A stretch of 41,764 bases of DNA, filler included, from Bonamia ostreae (GCA_040357525.1; 20 parts of 20 records of this genome joined end to end with filler, not necessarily neighbours in it), one strand, 5' to 3'. Shown: positions 11,791 through 25,598, numbered from the whole stretch's first letter. The notes: generated by a model from the sequence alone, not told the origin. A program made the numbers and translations.

Positions 11791-14700
11791 TTCAATATTT
11801 TTTCATTAGAAAATATGGCTAAATTTTAACCGCAATAATTAGACAGCGTTTTAGTTAATTTGAGAAGCAAAAACTTGTTAATACAAATACTACAATAATT
11901 GTAGTCTTAAAGATGTTCATTTTCTATATTTATCGCAAAAGCTTTAATGTTCTGCTTTTAACACAAAATCCTAATTTCTTATATAACCTAATTTTTATTT
12001 AAAGAAAGATTTAGCAATTTTNNNNNNNNNNNNNNNNNNNNNNNNNNNNNNNNNNNNNNNNNNNNTTAATTAATTAANNNNNNNNNNNNNNNNNNNNNNN
12101 NNNNNNNNNNNNNNNNNNNNNAATATTGTGTTAATTGTAATTACAGTGTTAATAAAATTACATATTTCTCTTTAAAAATGATATCGTTTATTTAAAATAA
12201 CTAACCAATTTTTCTACTAAAATACATTTTCCAGTCATACTAGCAGGAACCGTATCTCACTGCATCACGCTTACAGGTCCGCCACAGCAGCAGACGACCA
12301 AGTCTACGACCAGCTAGGGTGGAAATAGAGAAGTGGCACGTGGAAGGGGAGAGAGTGAAATGGTAATCCCCATGATTGGACCAATTAAGTGCGGCGAGTG
12401 TGGGGCACCCAAGATTGGTCCTACATACAGCCAGAACTACGGAAACTAGTTCTGCTAATTCATCACAACCCAGCCCTTCGAGAAGTGAATGAAGAGCATG
12501 ATCGTTAAAGGATACACAAGCCGCAAGAAGAGAAGCCCCTCGAGGAACCAGCAGTTTAATCAAATTATTTATTACTAAGTAGACTACACAGCAGAATCGT
12601 TAAGAATATTCTTTTCAAAAATTTAAATCTGTTACGAAACTTTTAGAGTCAAAATCAGCAAGTATTTCATAGAAAGTAAAAAAAGAATGGTTTTCCCAAA
12701 GCTGTTGATATATACAGTAACTGAGTTATTCCACTTTATACACAAAAACCCAACTAAAAATGATTTTAAACGTACGACTGATCTGGTATCTAAGGACATT
12801 CATACCTTTAGGAACAGATGCACACATTCTTGTGAAAATCAATAATTTTTAGCTACCTTATTTCCTCTAAGTAAATATATGATATTTTTGTCAACTCGAT
12901 TTTGTGTAAGACGGTTTTTACGCATCTAAATAAAATAACAAACCGATTGTTAAAAAGAGCAGAAATTTATCGCTATATAATTAAAATTTATAATCACCCC
13001 TGGGAAAATGAAAAATGCATTATTGTTAGGGGTCATCTATGTATTATATCTGTAAAATAGAATTTATAAGCAACTTGAGTATCGAAAAGGTAAAAAACAT
13101 TTAAATGTACATGTATGTAAACNNNNNNNNNNNNNNNNNNNNNNNNNNNNNNNNNNNNNNNNNNNNTTAATTAATTAANNNNNNNNNNNNNNNNNNNNNN
13201 NNNNNNNNNNNNNNNNNNNNNNTAACATATTTCCAACAGAAACATTCTGAATAAGTAAAACACGGTTGCTGTTTTGCATTGTGGAATGTATTTGATGAGT
13301 GACGTCAATAACGTTCTAAGAATGACGTGACGTCACACTAGGTTAGATAAAAATAGCATGTCTTTAATCGTCAAAATAAAAGTTTTCGAGATGATTAAGG
13401 TCATCATATTTTTTTATTTCACATCATCTACAAATTATATGTATCTGTCAAATTCTGTAAAACAAAAATTGAAATTAGGTAAAATGTGCGATAAGCACCT
13501 TTTCTCGTGGGCGTAATCGTGCGTCGCAACAAATCAGGCCGAGATATACAATACATGTACATGTATAAGGGGAAAACAAAGTGAGATACAGAACATTTGC
13601 AAGAACTGAAATTGTACAATGAACCCCCTAAGTTCGTGTACATATGTTCCCAGATATACGTTTATCTATTTCATTGTCTCTTTCTTGGTATTCATTCATT
13701 TTTCATTCCTTTATTTTTTCAATATGTTGTCCTTTACTACTACTTATTTGAGACTGTATGTGAATATGTGGATAGTGCACATTATCACTGATCGTTATCT
13801 TGTACAAATTGATAAAAAGGTCTCAGTAAAATAATAATTGCAACTTTTTCTGCAAATAAGAAATACGTATTGCTTTAATTTGTAGGAATTTATATTTAGC
13901 TATATGTCGATTGAAAAATAACCTTACCTTTTCATTTCCTATCCGACATCGATTGACTTATGCCGCCTCAGAAATTCTTTTTAAAAATCCTGCTTTTTAC
14001 TTAGTTTATAGGATATCATTGCGGATAACAGTATAATTCATATGAGAACTCATGATAAGACTTTGCAAAACGAAAAGCAAATACTTTTTGCAATAACTTT
14101 TTCATCATGTGTACTGTGAACTTTAAGGGTTACTGGTATTATCAAGTAATGGGCTTCTTTCGTGACTGAAGTCAGATGAATGTTGGTTTCCTTCTCTTGT
14201 GCCTGAATTGCGATCACTGCGTTNNNNNNNNNNNNNNNNNNNNNNNNNNNNNNNNNNNNNNNNNNNNTTAATTAATTAANNNNNNNNNNNNNNNNNNNNN
14301 NNNNNNNNNNNNNNNNNNNNNNNGTATATATAAAATTAAATTAATGTGGGTTTCTTTACTATCAGTCAGCATCATTTATATTCATATAGTGTTACTTAAC
14401 AAGATATTTCATCTCAGAATATATAAACTGCAAATATAGATGTCACGTGGTATAACTCCAAATTAGAATTCATGTATGAGAGACAGACAAATTTGGCAGC
14501 TTGCAAAATAGAACTACATGTATTATTAGCTTTTCACGATAAATTTAAACACATGTACATGCAAAACTGCAGAAAACACTTTAGGTTAAAATTGTTGCCA
14601 TACATCACGTTATTACTAGAACTGTCATGATTTTTTGGGATAAGTTTGAAATGCGCAGGTAATAAATTTATTTTGTATAATTGCATAGTATGTCTAAGAA

Positions 14701-15423
14701 ACTTGCACTTGCTGCATTCTTGGAAGTTTGTGTGAATCAGGCACATGTCAGAAATTAGGAATTTTGTTTACCCATCTCAGTTTTTAAGATATCCATTGGG
14801 TATATTTGTTTAAATTTTATTTATCCTACGATTGTATTGCTTTGGTTTTTTACACTGCAATTGTTAATATGTAGCTTGGCATCAGTTCCTCTATATCCTT
14901 AATAGATGCGATTATGCAAAATAATAGTCAAAGAATTTCCTCCTCTGTTGCAAAGTTGGGCTTCATCCACCAGACAAAATATTTGTGAGGCTAAAATGCT
15001 AATACAATTATTATCTTCTTATTGTTGGTGAACAGCTAAAATATTTCCTAAGACTTGATTTGCATTTGTGTTCATATTTATCAAAATAAATCTGGATATT
15101 GTGTTTTGTCTATCTTAAGACAATTACATGTACTGATATGAATATAACGTATCTTATCTCTCTTAAAATGGCCAAACCAAGGCTCTTCCTTTGTATTTTA
15201 AATGATTTGGGTAGTGAACTTGTGCATAATCAAAACTGTAATAGGATTCTACTTGGAGAGTGGAAGTTCGGTGACCTGCTAAATTAAACTATGATGCAAT
15301 GAATTCAGTGATAATTGTTTAGCNNNNNNNNNNNNNNNNNNNNNNNNNNNNNNNNNNNNNNNNNNNNTTAATTAATTAANNNNNNNNNNNNNNNNNNNNN
15401 NNNNNNNNNNNNNNNNNNNNNNN

Positions 15424-15810
15424 ATTTTGTTATTACAAATCAAATTTTGTCTTTTCAAAGCAAATTTTGTTATTACAACGCAAATTTTGTCTTTTCAAAG
15501 CAATTTGTTATTACAACGCAAAATTTTGTTATTACAAATCAAATTTTGTCTTTTCAAAGCAAAGTTTGTTGTTACAACGCAAAATTTTGTCTTTTCAAAG
15601 CAAATTTTGTTGTTACAACGCAAATTTTGTTATTACAACGCAAAATTTTGTTATTACAAATCAAATTTTGTCTTTTCAAAGCAAATTTTGTTATTACAAA
15701 TCAAATTTTGTCTTTTCAAAGCAAATTTTGTTACTACAAATCAAATTTTGTTTTTTCAAAGCAAATTTTGTATTTTCAAATCAAATATTGTCTATTCAAA
15801 GCAAATTTGT
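15424..15810. repeat. Minisatellite of about 20-bp subunits
   Basis: CAAATTTTGTTATTACAAAT, CAAATTTTGTCTTTTCAAAG and CAAATTTTGTTATTACAACG alternate. Confidence 0.95.
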
Positions 15811-15853
15811 CTTGAATCAACAAAACAACTTTCAATTAAAAGCGAAAGAAAAA

Positions 15854-16264
15854 ATGTCGAGAGAGACCGCAAATATTGTGAAGACGAGATTATTTTGCGT
15901 CAAGCACGAGAAGAAACCGAGAATCGAAGCCTTTGTGCTGCCTGGGCCGGGTCCGCAGAGCTTCTGCCCTGTCTTCTTGAAGTTGAAGGAGAGAAACGGC
16001 GAATACAAATCGGAGGAGGCCCCCGTTGATCTTACCGGCGCACAAGCGCAGGAAGCTTTTCCGGGGGTGTTGAGAGTGGTCATGATGGACAAGGCGAGTG
16101 GAGTGGAACCTCGGTTTGTCGTGAATGACGATTTTTGCTATGAAGGGGATAGCAATTTTTACAGCGAAGATTATGATTTGTATGAAGATTATGAGAGTGA
16201 AGGGGGTGGTGATTCGGAGTGCGAGGGAGATCAATATGAGTCTTTTGATTATCGCGAACAATAA
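15854..16264 (+). CDS. Hypothetical 136-aa protein with acidic Tyr-rich tail
   Basis: ATG after AAA, higher GC than its flanks, D/E/Y-rich C-terminus, TAA stop. Confidence 0.6.
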   Translation: MSRETANIVKTRLFCVKHEKKPRIEAFVLPGPGPQSFCPVFLKLKERNGEYKSEEAPVDLTGAQAQEAFPGVLRVVMMDKASGVEPRFVVNDDFCYEGDSNFYSEDYDLYEDYESEGGGDSECEGDQYESFDYREQ

Positions 16265-16523
16265 ATGTTGTGTTTGTAAACATTATTTTTATCCATTATT
16301 GTTTCATTATTCCATTTATATTAATTCGCTTTAAGTAAAATTTCCGCCATTAATCAACAATTTTAAAGCGATATTTTTCCAAATTTTCAAAACGACATTT
16401 TTGGAATTTTTGGAACTAAAAAANNNNNNNNNNNNNNNNNNNNNNNNNNNNNNNNNNNNNNNNNNNNTTAATTAATTAANNNNNNNNNNNNNNNNNNNNN
16501 NNNNNNNNNNNNNNNNNNNNNNN

Positions 16524-17467
16524 AAATTGAATCTATTTTGCAAAACTTTGACGAAAAATCTGTCGATCTCCAAAAAATTTTATCTGAAACGATTCTCAAT
16601 CTTTACAAAACGGCAAATTTTGCTATTTCCGAAACAAACAACTCCAAAAACAAACCAAAATCCATTTTTGAAGAACAATTTTGGAAACTTTACAAAAATT
16701 TTGGCGATTTTTTGAGAACTGTCAGATCAAAACATCAAATCTCATTTTTTGCACTCGATTGCCACAACTTGAAAAAGCCAAAATTTAGTCCAATAAAAAG
16801 TGAAAACAAAATCAAAAAAATCAAATTGGAGAAAAAGCTAAATTATAATGAATTTTTAGTGCGAGAATTTAATGAGATAATGACGAACGACGAAAATAAT
16901 GGAACGAAAAAGATTTTTGAGACTTGCAAAGTTTGCGAGGAAATTTTCTGTTTGACTGAATTGCCGTCTTTTTCGAGTTTAAAAAAGCTAAATTTTAAAA
17001 TAGCAATTTGCAAAAAAAAACTAAATTTTAAAAATAAAAATTTACAAAAAAACTAAATTTCAAAAATAGCAATTTGTTGAAAAAACTAAATTTCAAAAAT
17101 AGCAATTTGTTGAAAAATCTAAATTTTTATGTTAAAAAAGTGAACGAAAAAGAAAAATTAAAAATTTTCGAGTCCATTTTAATAAATTTGGAATTTAGTG
17201 TGTTTTTTGAAAGAGCGACCAAATTTTTGCATTCTTTAGATTACGAAAAGTTTTTTTTTGTGAATTTAAATTTGTTAAAGTGATTTGAAAGAAGGAATTA
17301 ACAGGATTTTCAATTTGTTGGAATTAGCGGCAAAATTTGGTCAAAAATTTAAAATTAACGGAGTGGAAAAATATTTTGTCAAATTGAAGCCGTTTTTTGA
17401 AGAAGGAAACCTAAAAGAGAAATTTTCAAGTTTGGTAAAAGAAACATCGCCGATATTGAATATATAA
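16524..17467 (+). CDS. Exon fragments of a hypothetical protist protein
   Basis: Consecutive K/N/F-rich ORFs, with a GT...AG segment near 17249-17280; exon structure uncertain. Confidence 0.4.
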
Positions 17468-20400
17468 ATCGATCATTTTGCAATTTTTGCAATTTATTGA
17501 ATTATTTTTTTTTGCAATTTAAANNNNNNNNNNNNNNNNNNNNNNNNNNNNNNNNNNNNNNNNNNNNTTAATTAATTAANNNNNNNNNNNNNNNNNNNNN
17601 NNNNNNNNNNNNNNNNNNNNNNNTGTGTCGGATGTTTTTGTTTGAAATGCTTTAATTGAAAATAGTCTATGCTCGTCTTATTGAACGCTAATGTAAGCAG
17701 TCGAATAACAATGCTCACAACATATTAAAAACCTAAATAGTTATAACAAATCACAGGAAAAGATGACTTATATAACGAGCAATAATGTAGTTGTATCTAA
17801 AGTTCTATTATTGCAACGATTATGTTAAGGATTTTCACGTGTTTTTTATTCTTCTAAAAATCTTATTCTGATACACTGAAGATGTATTCCAATACATTGT
17901 GAAGAGGGAGTTTCGTATATTAATGAATCCTATCGAAAGGTTTTTATACTTTATTTGTTCAGAGAGTTTTTTTTATCATCATCACATGTTACAATTGATT
18001 GAAAGTAGAGATACATGGAGAACATCGTTAATATATGCAATGACCCCAGGGATATGTGTGAGGTCCAATGTAGAGTTAATGTATTCATCATACCGTTTTG
18101 CAAGGGTGAGTATTTTGTATGTGCCTATAATTCTTCAGTTATCATCCCTTCATATTGACATATCTTAAACTAGAAATGCTCAAAGTAAGCAATATTTCCT
18201 GCAATGATAGGACTATGCTTGTTATAAAATTTTATTAAACAGACAAATGATAATGTAAAAAGCAGTAAGTCTTGCAATGGTCGGTACAATGAATGGTAGT
18301 CATACATTTGATACATCGCAACGCATTTCATTGTCAAAGAAAAGAAACTATCTCTGGCATAAAATGTAGAGACAACTATATTCTTAGTGGTAGCTATAAA
18401 CAATAACCACATGCATATTCAAGAGAATTCTGGGTCTAGAATACGTAGCTAAAGTACGATAATCGATTAATATGTCATTAAACAGAATCAACCTAAACCA
18501 ATGCTGCAAAAACATATTATAATTAGCATGTCTGTTTGTATGCTGTAAAATATCACAATATGAGAATGAAAGGAACCCAAAGAGTCTACAAATAGAATAA
18601 ACATTCAAAACGTATTAAAAGCANNNNNNNNNNNNNNNNNNNNNNNNNNNNNNNNNNNNNNNNNNNNTTAATTAATTAANNNNNNNNNNNNNNNNNNNNN
18701 NNNNNNNNNNNNNNNNNNNNNNNGTAAAGACGATGATGCTTTGATTAACTATAGTTTGAATTTGGATGATTTGATTTGCTATAATAAAACGTTGATACTT
18801 GGATATCAAGTAAACGCTTTGGTACGTTGACTTAATAATGTAAAAGATTAAGGGATGTTAACAAGTACCCGATAAATGTAATACCGAATGTGGAGTCCCG
18901 ATATTGAAATAAGTCACCCAAGTCATCGCCTAACGTGAATCTCGTCAAATGTGTTTGAAGTGGAATTATGCATATGCACACCATTATAATTGCTTGCTGT
19001 TTCATGTTTTTACCGTTTTCTTCACAAATGATATTTCTCGCTATTTTCTGAACTTGTCGTTTTCTTCTATCACTAGGAGTACCAATTGTGAAAATGAAAA
19101 TGAACAGAATGCCAACAAGATCTGAAAGTAGGTCATAATTTCGTTAGTGAATATGAACTACAATTATACCCATTTTACTACGGGACATTTTGTATTGTTC
19201 TACTACAATACACTAACAAAATATCAATGTAGATTTTTCCATTCATAATAGTGTGTGTTTATTTCTTTGTCTTACAGGAATAATATCCATTTTAAGAGGA
19301 ACAATGTGTCTGCTTTTCAAAATCTTGGAAGTTTTTGTTATCCTTCTGTTCGTGATTCGATAGTATAAAACATGATCCGAGGTACCAAATTGTGAGATGG
19401 AATGATGTGACGGTAAACTTTTCTATGAAATCCCCTTGTGCGTATTGAAAAATACATATAACATGCAATGGACATGTTAGCAGTGTTCTCATTGTGTTAC
19501 TTACTATCGTTTTTCTATCGGGCACATAGTTACCTATATTGCAATCAATTTGAACCATTCGTTATGTGTTCACTTATTTCTAGTTATCATAGTTTGAAAT
19601 GAGAGAATCGCTGTTAGTTGCAAATCTGCTATAAAGCATGCTTTTCAATGTAAAGATAGTGGGGAACTCGTGAGCTCATATATGTAATGGAAAAAATATA
19701 AAGCTAATGGTTAGAACTTTCGTNNNNNNNNNNNNNNNNNNNNNNNNNNNNNNNNNNNNNNNNNNNNTTAATTAATTAANNNNNNNNNNNNNNNNNNNNN
19801 NNNNNNNNNNNNNNNNNNNNNNNCTAAATTCAAAATCTTAAACAAGCAATATTTGTACGTTTCAGGCCTAGATTTCTTTCCAATTCAAAGTTAGAGTCGA
19901 AAGTTGATAAACAAAAACCCCAGAGTACTCCCTAACCGTAGAAGAACACGTGCAACTTAAGCGGAAACTTGCATTCATCTGAAATACATGTATGAGATAA
20001 AAAAAACTTCAATCGAAATATCTGTAACAGTTTATTTCTTTTAACTTATTTATTTGAAAAAAAGAAACGATTTGAATTTTCAATTGTTTAGTTATTATAC
20101 TTTGATTTTCTTGATGTAAGTGATGAAAATTGTTTGAAATGATATAAGGGCTTCTTTGTATCTGTATAATTGATGGATAGAATTGTTTATATTGTAAGGA
20201 AAAATTACCTGGACAACAAATATAACAATATAAAATATTCTGCCCCAAGGACATGCCTACACAAATTTAGAAATCAACTTTATATTGGGTTAGTAGGTAA
20301 TCAGTAAATAGAATCTGGAAACAAAATGAAGAGGTTTGGAAATGAAGATTAAAAATACAGATTTCCTAAACTAAATGTAAGCTATTATTCCGTGTGTTTT

Positions 20401-20999
20401 TGCCAGTAGCTTAATCCTAGTAGTAAAAATAATATCACACTTTGTTTAACACATGTACCAGAAGCAGTTATATATTTGCATCGTTGTTTCAGACTCTCCG
20501 ACATTCAGAGTAAAACCACGTCAAGAATTATCCTATAACGACAGGTAAATCAGATTTAGTAATGTGTTTGAAATTTTAGCTTGGAAAGACATTTGTGCAT
20601 GGGTATGACCTTCTTGTCTATATATTACGTATTTATACTCGTATCTATACAACTTTGCTCTTTATGATACGATTCAAGATCCACATTCACAGTTCCGATT
20701 TCCCTGACCATCGTGTACAAAGTATAACATAAACATCATAAATTATCTACAGTGTTTCCTACTCATAACCAAATTTTCCTAAGCATGTATTGATATATTA
20801 CAATAATCTCCAGGAATCATGTTNNNNNNNNNNNNNNNNNNNNNNNNNNNNNNNNNNNNNNNNNNNNTTAATTAATTAANNNNNNNNNNNNNNNNNNNNN
20901 NNNNNNNNNNNNNNNNNNNNNNNCTTATTTTTATGTCAGTAATTATTAATATTTTAAGGATTTTTTTAGGTCAATTACTGTAATTGGCCCGCTTTAATA

Positions 21000-22348
21000 T
21001 TGATTTTATTATGGTTATGCGGTAGTGCTTGAGTGGTTGTAGCATTAGACATACAAGCTTTATAAATACTTTTTTTAGTATTTATGGCGAACGGGTGAGT
21101 AATAAGAGATTTTGTACCTTCAAATTTATTTTAATATATTTTAAATTATTTTTTTTTAATTTATAGAATAGTTTTGTTTAAAAGCTAAGGGCGTTGTTGA
21201 TCTAATCTCTTCGAATCAGGCTATAATTTAATTTTTATTAACCGATGACTCGTAGCGGGTTGTAACGTAATACCTGCCACACACGAACTGAGACAAGGTC
21301 GTGACATTTGTCTGTAGTCTGGAATTTTGAACAATGAGTAATAGCTCGATTTGGCTAAACCACTAAGAGTAAGTTACATATTATGCTTTAATAACTGACT
21401 TTTGGCATGAAAAAATAATGGCCCGGAAAAAAGCTGTGCCAGAAGCCTCGGCAATACAGTGTGGCCTGTGCTCCGTAGCGTGAATTGGTGTAAATGTAAT
21501 CAAACTAAAGAATGTCTAGATATGTTTTTATGAATCTATGTTTAGTTTTATCATATTTTGAATCATTCCTTTTTTATGAATTATTTCTATTTAAGCAGTA
21601 CTAATTATCTAAAGAAACAATCTTTTGGAGATTTTTAGGACTTCCGTTTTACAAAAAAGCTTTTAGGTTATAATTGACGTTGAATTTACTAAAGCAGGGG
21701 GCGCGACGGAGATTAGGTACCTCCTTAGTCCCTGCCCTGAATTTTGAGTATTAATTATATTTTAATATATTTTTATTATTATCGTATTAGAATACTTAAC
21801 CTCGATAGTATGGCCGCAAGGTGAAAACTGAAATAAATTGGCAGAGATTGGCGGAAACACTGGAGCGTGTAAATTAATTTGATAATCCCCGTTTTACCTT
21901 ACTATAACTTTTAGAAGGCGTTGCATGGTTTCGTTAGTATTTTGCTGTGAAGTATTTTATGACCCCCATTATGATTTATTTATATTAAGATCTAGTGGAA
22001 TTTAGTAAAATCGATATGGCCCTTATGTTATAGGCTTTATATTCGCTACCAAGAATATTTTTTAGTATTTTTATTAAATTAATTTTTATCTTATTTGGAA
22101 TATTTTCTGAAACTTGGAAATATGAAAAAGTAATTGTTAGTAATCATTTGTTTAGAATGCAATGATGAATTTTTTTCCAGTCTTGTTCAAACCGTCCACC
22201 ACCTCGTGTTGAGTTGTTTGAGTATTATATTTCTTTTAGGGTTTTAAAAAAAATATATTTTCTATTTTTCTTCTTTAGGGAAGTTACTCCTCATTCAGCA
22301 ATTTATGGTAAGGTGTAGCAAGGTAAGGGTACGAGAACGTGCCCTTGG
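21000..22348 (+). rRNA. rns: Mitochondrial small-subunit rRNA (ends approximate)
   Basis: GGCGAACGGGTGAGTAA, GTGCCAGAAGCCTCGGCAATAC, GATTAGGTACC, GGCCGCAAGG..AAACT, CTTGTTCAAACCGTCC and the AAGGTA-h45 hairpin occur in 16S order. Confidence 0.95.
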
Positions 22349-22419
22349 GGGCGTATAGTTTATTGTTAGAATAAAAGTCTTCAAAACTTTAGGAAAGGGT
22401 TAGATTCCCTTTGCGCTCG
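22349..22419 (+). tRNA. trnW: tRNA-Trp, anticodon UCA
   Basis: Acceptor GGGCGTA/TGCGCTC, anticodon arm AAAGT-CTTCAAA-ACTTT (TCA at 22381-22383), T arm AAGGG-TTAGATT-CCCTT. Confidence 0.93.
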
Positions 22420-22429
22420 TTTTATTAAA

Positions 22430-24283
22430 TTAATTTAATATTTAGGAATTAAAAATATTTAGTTATTTTTAAAAAATATTTTACTAATCTATGAAAATAT
22501 TTTTATAAAAAACATTTGTGTAATTTTAAGTGAATTGATATATCTTAGTAGTTTTTAAATATAATAATAATTCCCTTAGTATTGATGAGAGAAAAGGGTT
22601 TCCTTTTTTTAAGTTTTTTCTTTTAAAAAAATTTTTTAATTTCTATGGATTGATAGTACCGTGAGGGAATATTTTAAATTAATTTTTATAATATTTATAT
22701 TTATATATATTTTATATTTTTTTATCTATTATGTTTAATTTACCTTTTGTATAATGGACGTATAAGTTAATATATATAGTTTGCTTAATTTTTAGTTGTA
22801 GGCATAATTTTTGTAAGCTTTAAAAGGCTTTATTATATATATTATTACACGAAACTAGGCGAGCTAATTATGATAAATTTTTAGAATGAACCCGTTCTTG
22901 TTGCAATAAGATGGGATTAATTGTAATTAGAAGTGAAAAGCTAATCGAGCTTAGATATATCTTGTTTTCTGCGAAATATATTATAGTATAGCTTTAAAAA
23001 TAGTTAGATTCTTATATATTTGATTTTTTTTTTATTTTTTTTAAAATTATAAATATTAAATAAACTTTAAATTATTTTTATATTTTTAGTTAGACTATAA
23101 ATGTTAAGGTTTATAGTCAAAAGGGTATAGCCCAGAATGTTATTTAAGGATTTTAATGATTTTATATTTTATTTCTTTTTTATTTTGTATAAATTTATAT
23201 TAATTTTTGTCTTTTTTGAATTATTTTAAAAAGAGTACTTTATTGTTTTATTTTTAAAAATGTTATTAAATTTCTATTTTAAATATCTTCCGAAAATACA
23301 TTTAATTTTATTTAAGGTAGCAGAATTTTCTATTTTTAGATTAAAAATGTACGTATTAGTAGTGTTAATTATTTTATAACGTTTAAATTCTAAAAGTACT
23401 TTAATCAGTTATTTTTAAAACTGTTTTAATACCGACTCAGGTGGAATTTTTGAGTATATTTAAACGTGAATTAATTTTTCTTAAGGAACTCGGCAATATT
23501 TATCTGAGATTTTGTTTTATAGATATCTTAATTTTATTAAGAATTTTACAAATGAGAGGAGCGACTGTTTAACAAAAACATAAGGTTTTGCAAAATTTTA
23601 AGTATTACGTATAAAATCTGACACCTGCCCAGTGCTTATTTTTTAATTAGGTTTATTTGGTCAAATAAGTTTATATAACTAAGTTAACGGCGGTCTTATA
23701 CCTGAGGATCTTAAGGTAGCATAATTTTTTGTCCAGTGATTGTGGGATTGTGAGTGGTGTAACGACTTCTCTACTGTCTTAAGGAAAAGTTTAACGAAAT
23801 TGTATTTGTTGTGAAGATACAGCATTTTTATAGTAGGACGGAAAGACCCTATGAATCTTTACTATAAAATTAATTTGAATATAATTCTATTTTTATTTGG
23901 TATTTCCTATAATTATACTTTATTTTCTAAAAAAATAAAAAATTATTTTTGGTAGTTTTGCTGGGGAGGTAGCTTTTGAAATAATAACGAAAGTAAGCAA
24001 TGGTTTTAAATTTATATATATTATAATTAGTTTAATAGCTTTTTTTAATGCTTAACTGATTGATTGAGAATTCTTACAGTAACACATGTTTGCTATATTG
24101 AACGGATTTTTTTTTAAAAAAAATGAATCTTTTTATCGATAATAGATACTCTTTGGATATCAGGCTAATAGTATTAGTTGAATTTTTCTTGTATGCTGTT
24201 TGGCACCTCGATGTCGGCTTATCATGTCCTGTAGGTGTATAAGGTTTCAAGGGTTAGTTTGTTCTCCTATTATATTGTTACGA

Positions 24284-24316
<33 letters not shown>

Positions 24317-24530
24317 CCCTTATCCTCTATAAATTATTTTTTTTTAATTTATGCCTAGTACGAGAGGAATGGTTTTTATATACCTCTTGTGATTAGTAAT
24401 TATTATATATTTTTTGCTAATTAGCTACGTATTTATTAAATAAGAATTGATTTTATATAAATTCTGAAGTTATTTAAAAAAAAATATATTTTAAAATATT
24501 ATTATAATGGTTTTATAAGAATATATTTGT
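22430..24530 (+). rRNA. rnl: Mitochondrial large-subunit rRNA (ends approximate, about 2.1 kb)
   Basis: AGTACCGTGAGGGAA, AAGGAACTCGGCAA, GACGGAAAGACCC, GGCACCTCGATGTCGGCT, GAGCTGGGTTCAGAACGTCGTGAGACAGTTCGG and the sarcin-ricin loop AGTACGAGAGGA. Confidence 0.96.
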
Positions 24531-24570
24531 AAAAATTTTTTATAAAAAACTTTAATTTTTTTATAAAATT

Positions 24571-25095
24571 ATGAAAAAAGAACCTTTTTTAGTTATAAAA
24601 ACTTCGACAAGAATTGTAGATGATATTTCTAATTTTCCTATTGTTATAAGAAATTACTTTTACTCTTACAATAGAAAGCCCATTTCTTCTAAAAATATTT
24701 CTGGTAAATATTTACATGGTTTTTGTATTGTTACAGGCATAGGAGGTAATTTTTTAGAAGTGAAAGCTTTTTGTAATAGTAATAAATGGGCTTTTAAAAA
24801 TATTTATGTTAAGAAACTCGTTTATACTAAATCCGGCATACCTGTTGGTAAAATAGTACATTATTATTTGCGTAGGGTTTTTGTTGTTACTTATGAAAGT
24901 AAATTTTCAGATATTTTTATAGGGCAAGTCTTATGTATTTTTGATAAGTCTTATATATCCGATTCTTTAAATTTATCAGACCCTTTACCATATAATTATC
25001 GTTTAAATGTTAAATGCCGTTTATTAAAAAGAGATTATGATTTTTATAGAGATGTTTATAGGTATAAGTGAATTGGTAAAAGATATCTTTTTTAA
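24571..25095 (+). CDS. 174-aa ORF (one UGA) resembling the F1-ATPase alpha/beta N-terminal beta-barrel
   Basis: IVTGIGGNFLEV...KNIYVKKLVYTKSGIPVGKI...VFVVTY..SDIFIGQVL versus alpha RVLSIGDGIARV..NNIQAEELVEFSSGVKG...VGIVLF..DRLVKEGELV; by-eye alignment. Confidence 0.5.
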
Positions 25096-25097
25096 AT

Positions 25098-25598
25098 ATG
25101 CTTAAAATATTATTTTATTTTAAATATTTTTTTTCTTATTTAACTGCTTTATTTAAAAATATAAAAACTTTTTCTTTTGGTAGTATTTTATTAAAATTGT
25201 TTTATTATTTGATAAAATTTCAGACTGTTTTTAAGTATTTTTATTATATTTTTTTTATTGTTTTTATTTCAAAAAATTTTATTGCCTTTTATTATAAATT
25301 ACCAAATAAATCTTCTAATAATTTATTTTTAGAATTTTCTATCATTTTCTATTTTCTTATTTTAGTAATTAACCTATTATATTATTCTATAAATTATATT
25401 TATTATCTAGATTCTAATAATCTTTCTAATTTATTTTCTTATTATCATGTTTTTGTTTCTGGGGCTCAGTGACAATGAACTTATTCAGTTAGGTTTGATT
25501 TATCTCTAAATTCCTTTATTTTAAATTTAGATTTTATTACAAAGTCTTTAAATACTTTATTTGAATATATTTTTTTTATCAATGAATCCGATAGGTAA
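25098..25598 (+). CDS. cox2: Cytochrome c oxidase subunit 2, N-terminal membrane half only (166 aa)
   Basis: Two TM helices with LEF (canonical IEI) and IYYLD, then VSGAQWQWTYS (both W are TGA; canonical AIGHQWYWSYE). TAA at 25596 comes before any CuA motif. Confidence 0.8.

Larger units (their letters stand above)
1004..20923. other. 19 artificial contig linkers (N run + TTAATTAATTAA + N run, 100 nt each), first at 1004-1103 and last at 20824-20923
   Basis: An identical all-frame-stop spacer recurs about every 1.1 kb. The contigs between them decrease from 1003 to 1000 nt, i.e. a size-sorted concatenation. Confidence 0.99.

Noticed and set aside
15424-15810. CRISPR-like periodicity and long overlapping ORFs
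   Set aside because: No unique spacers; a eukaryotic minisatellite that happens to lack stops.
22381-22383. tRNA-Sec interpretation of the UCA anticodon
   Set aside because: Short variable loop, 7-bp acceptor stem, and TGA at conserved Trp sites indicate tRNA-Trp.
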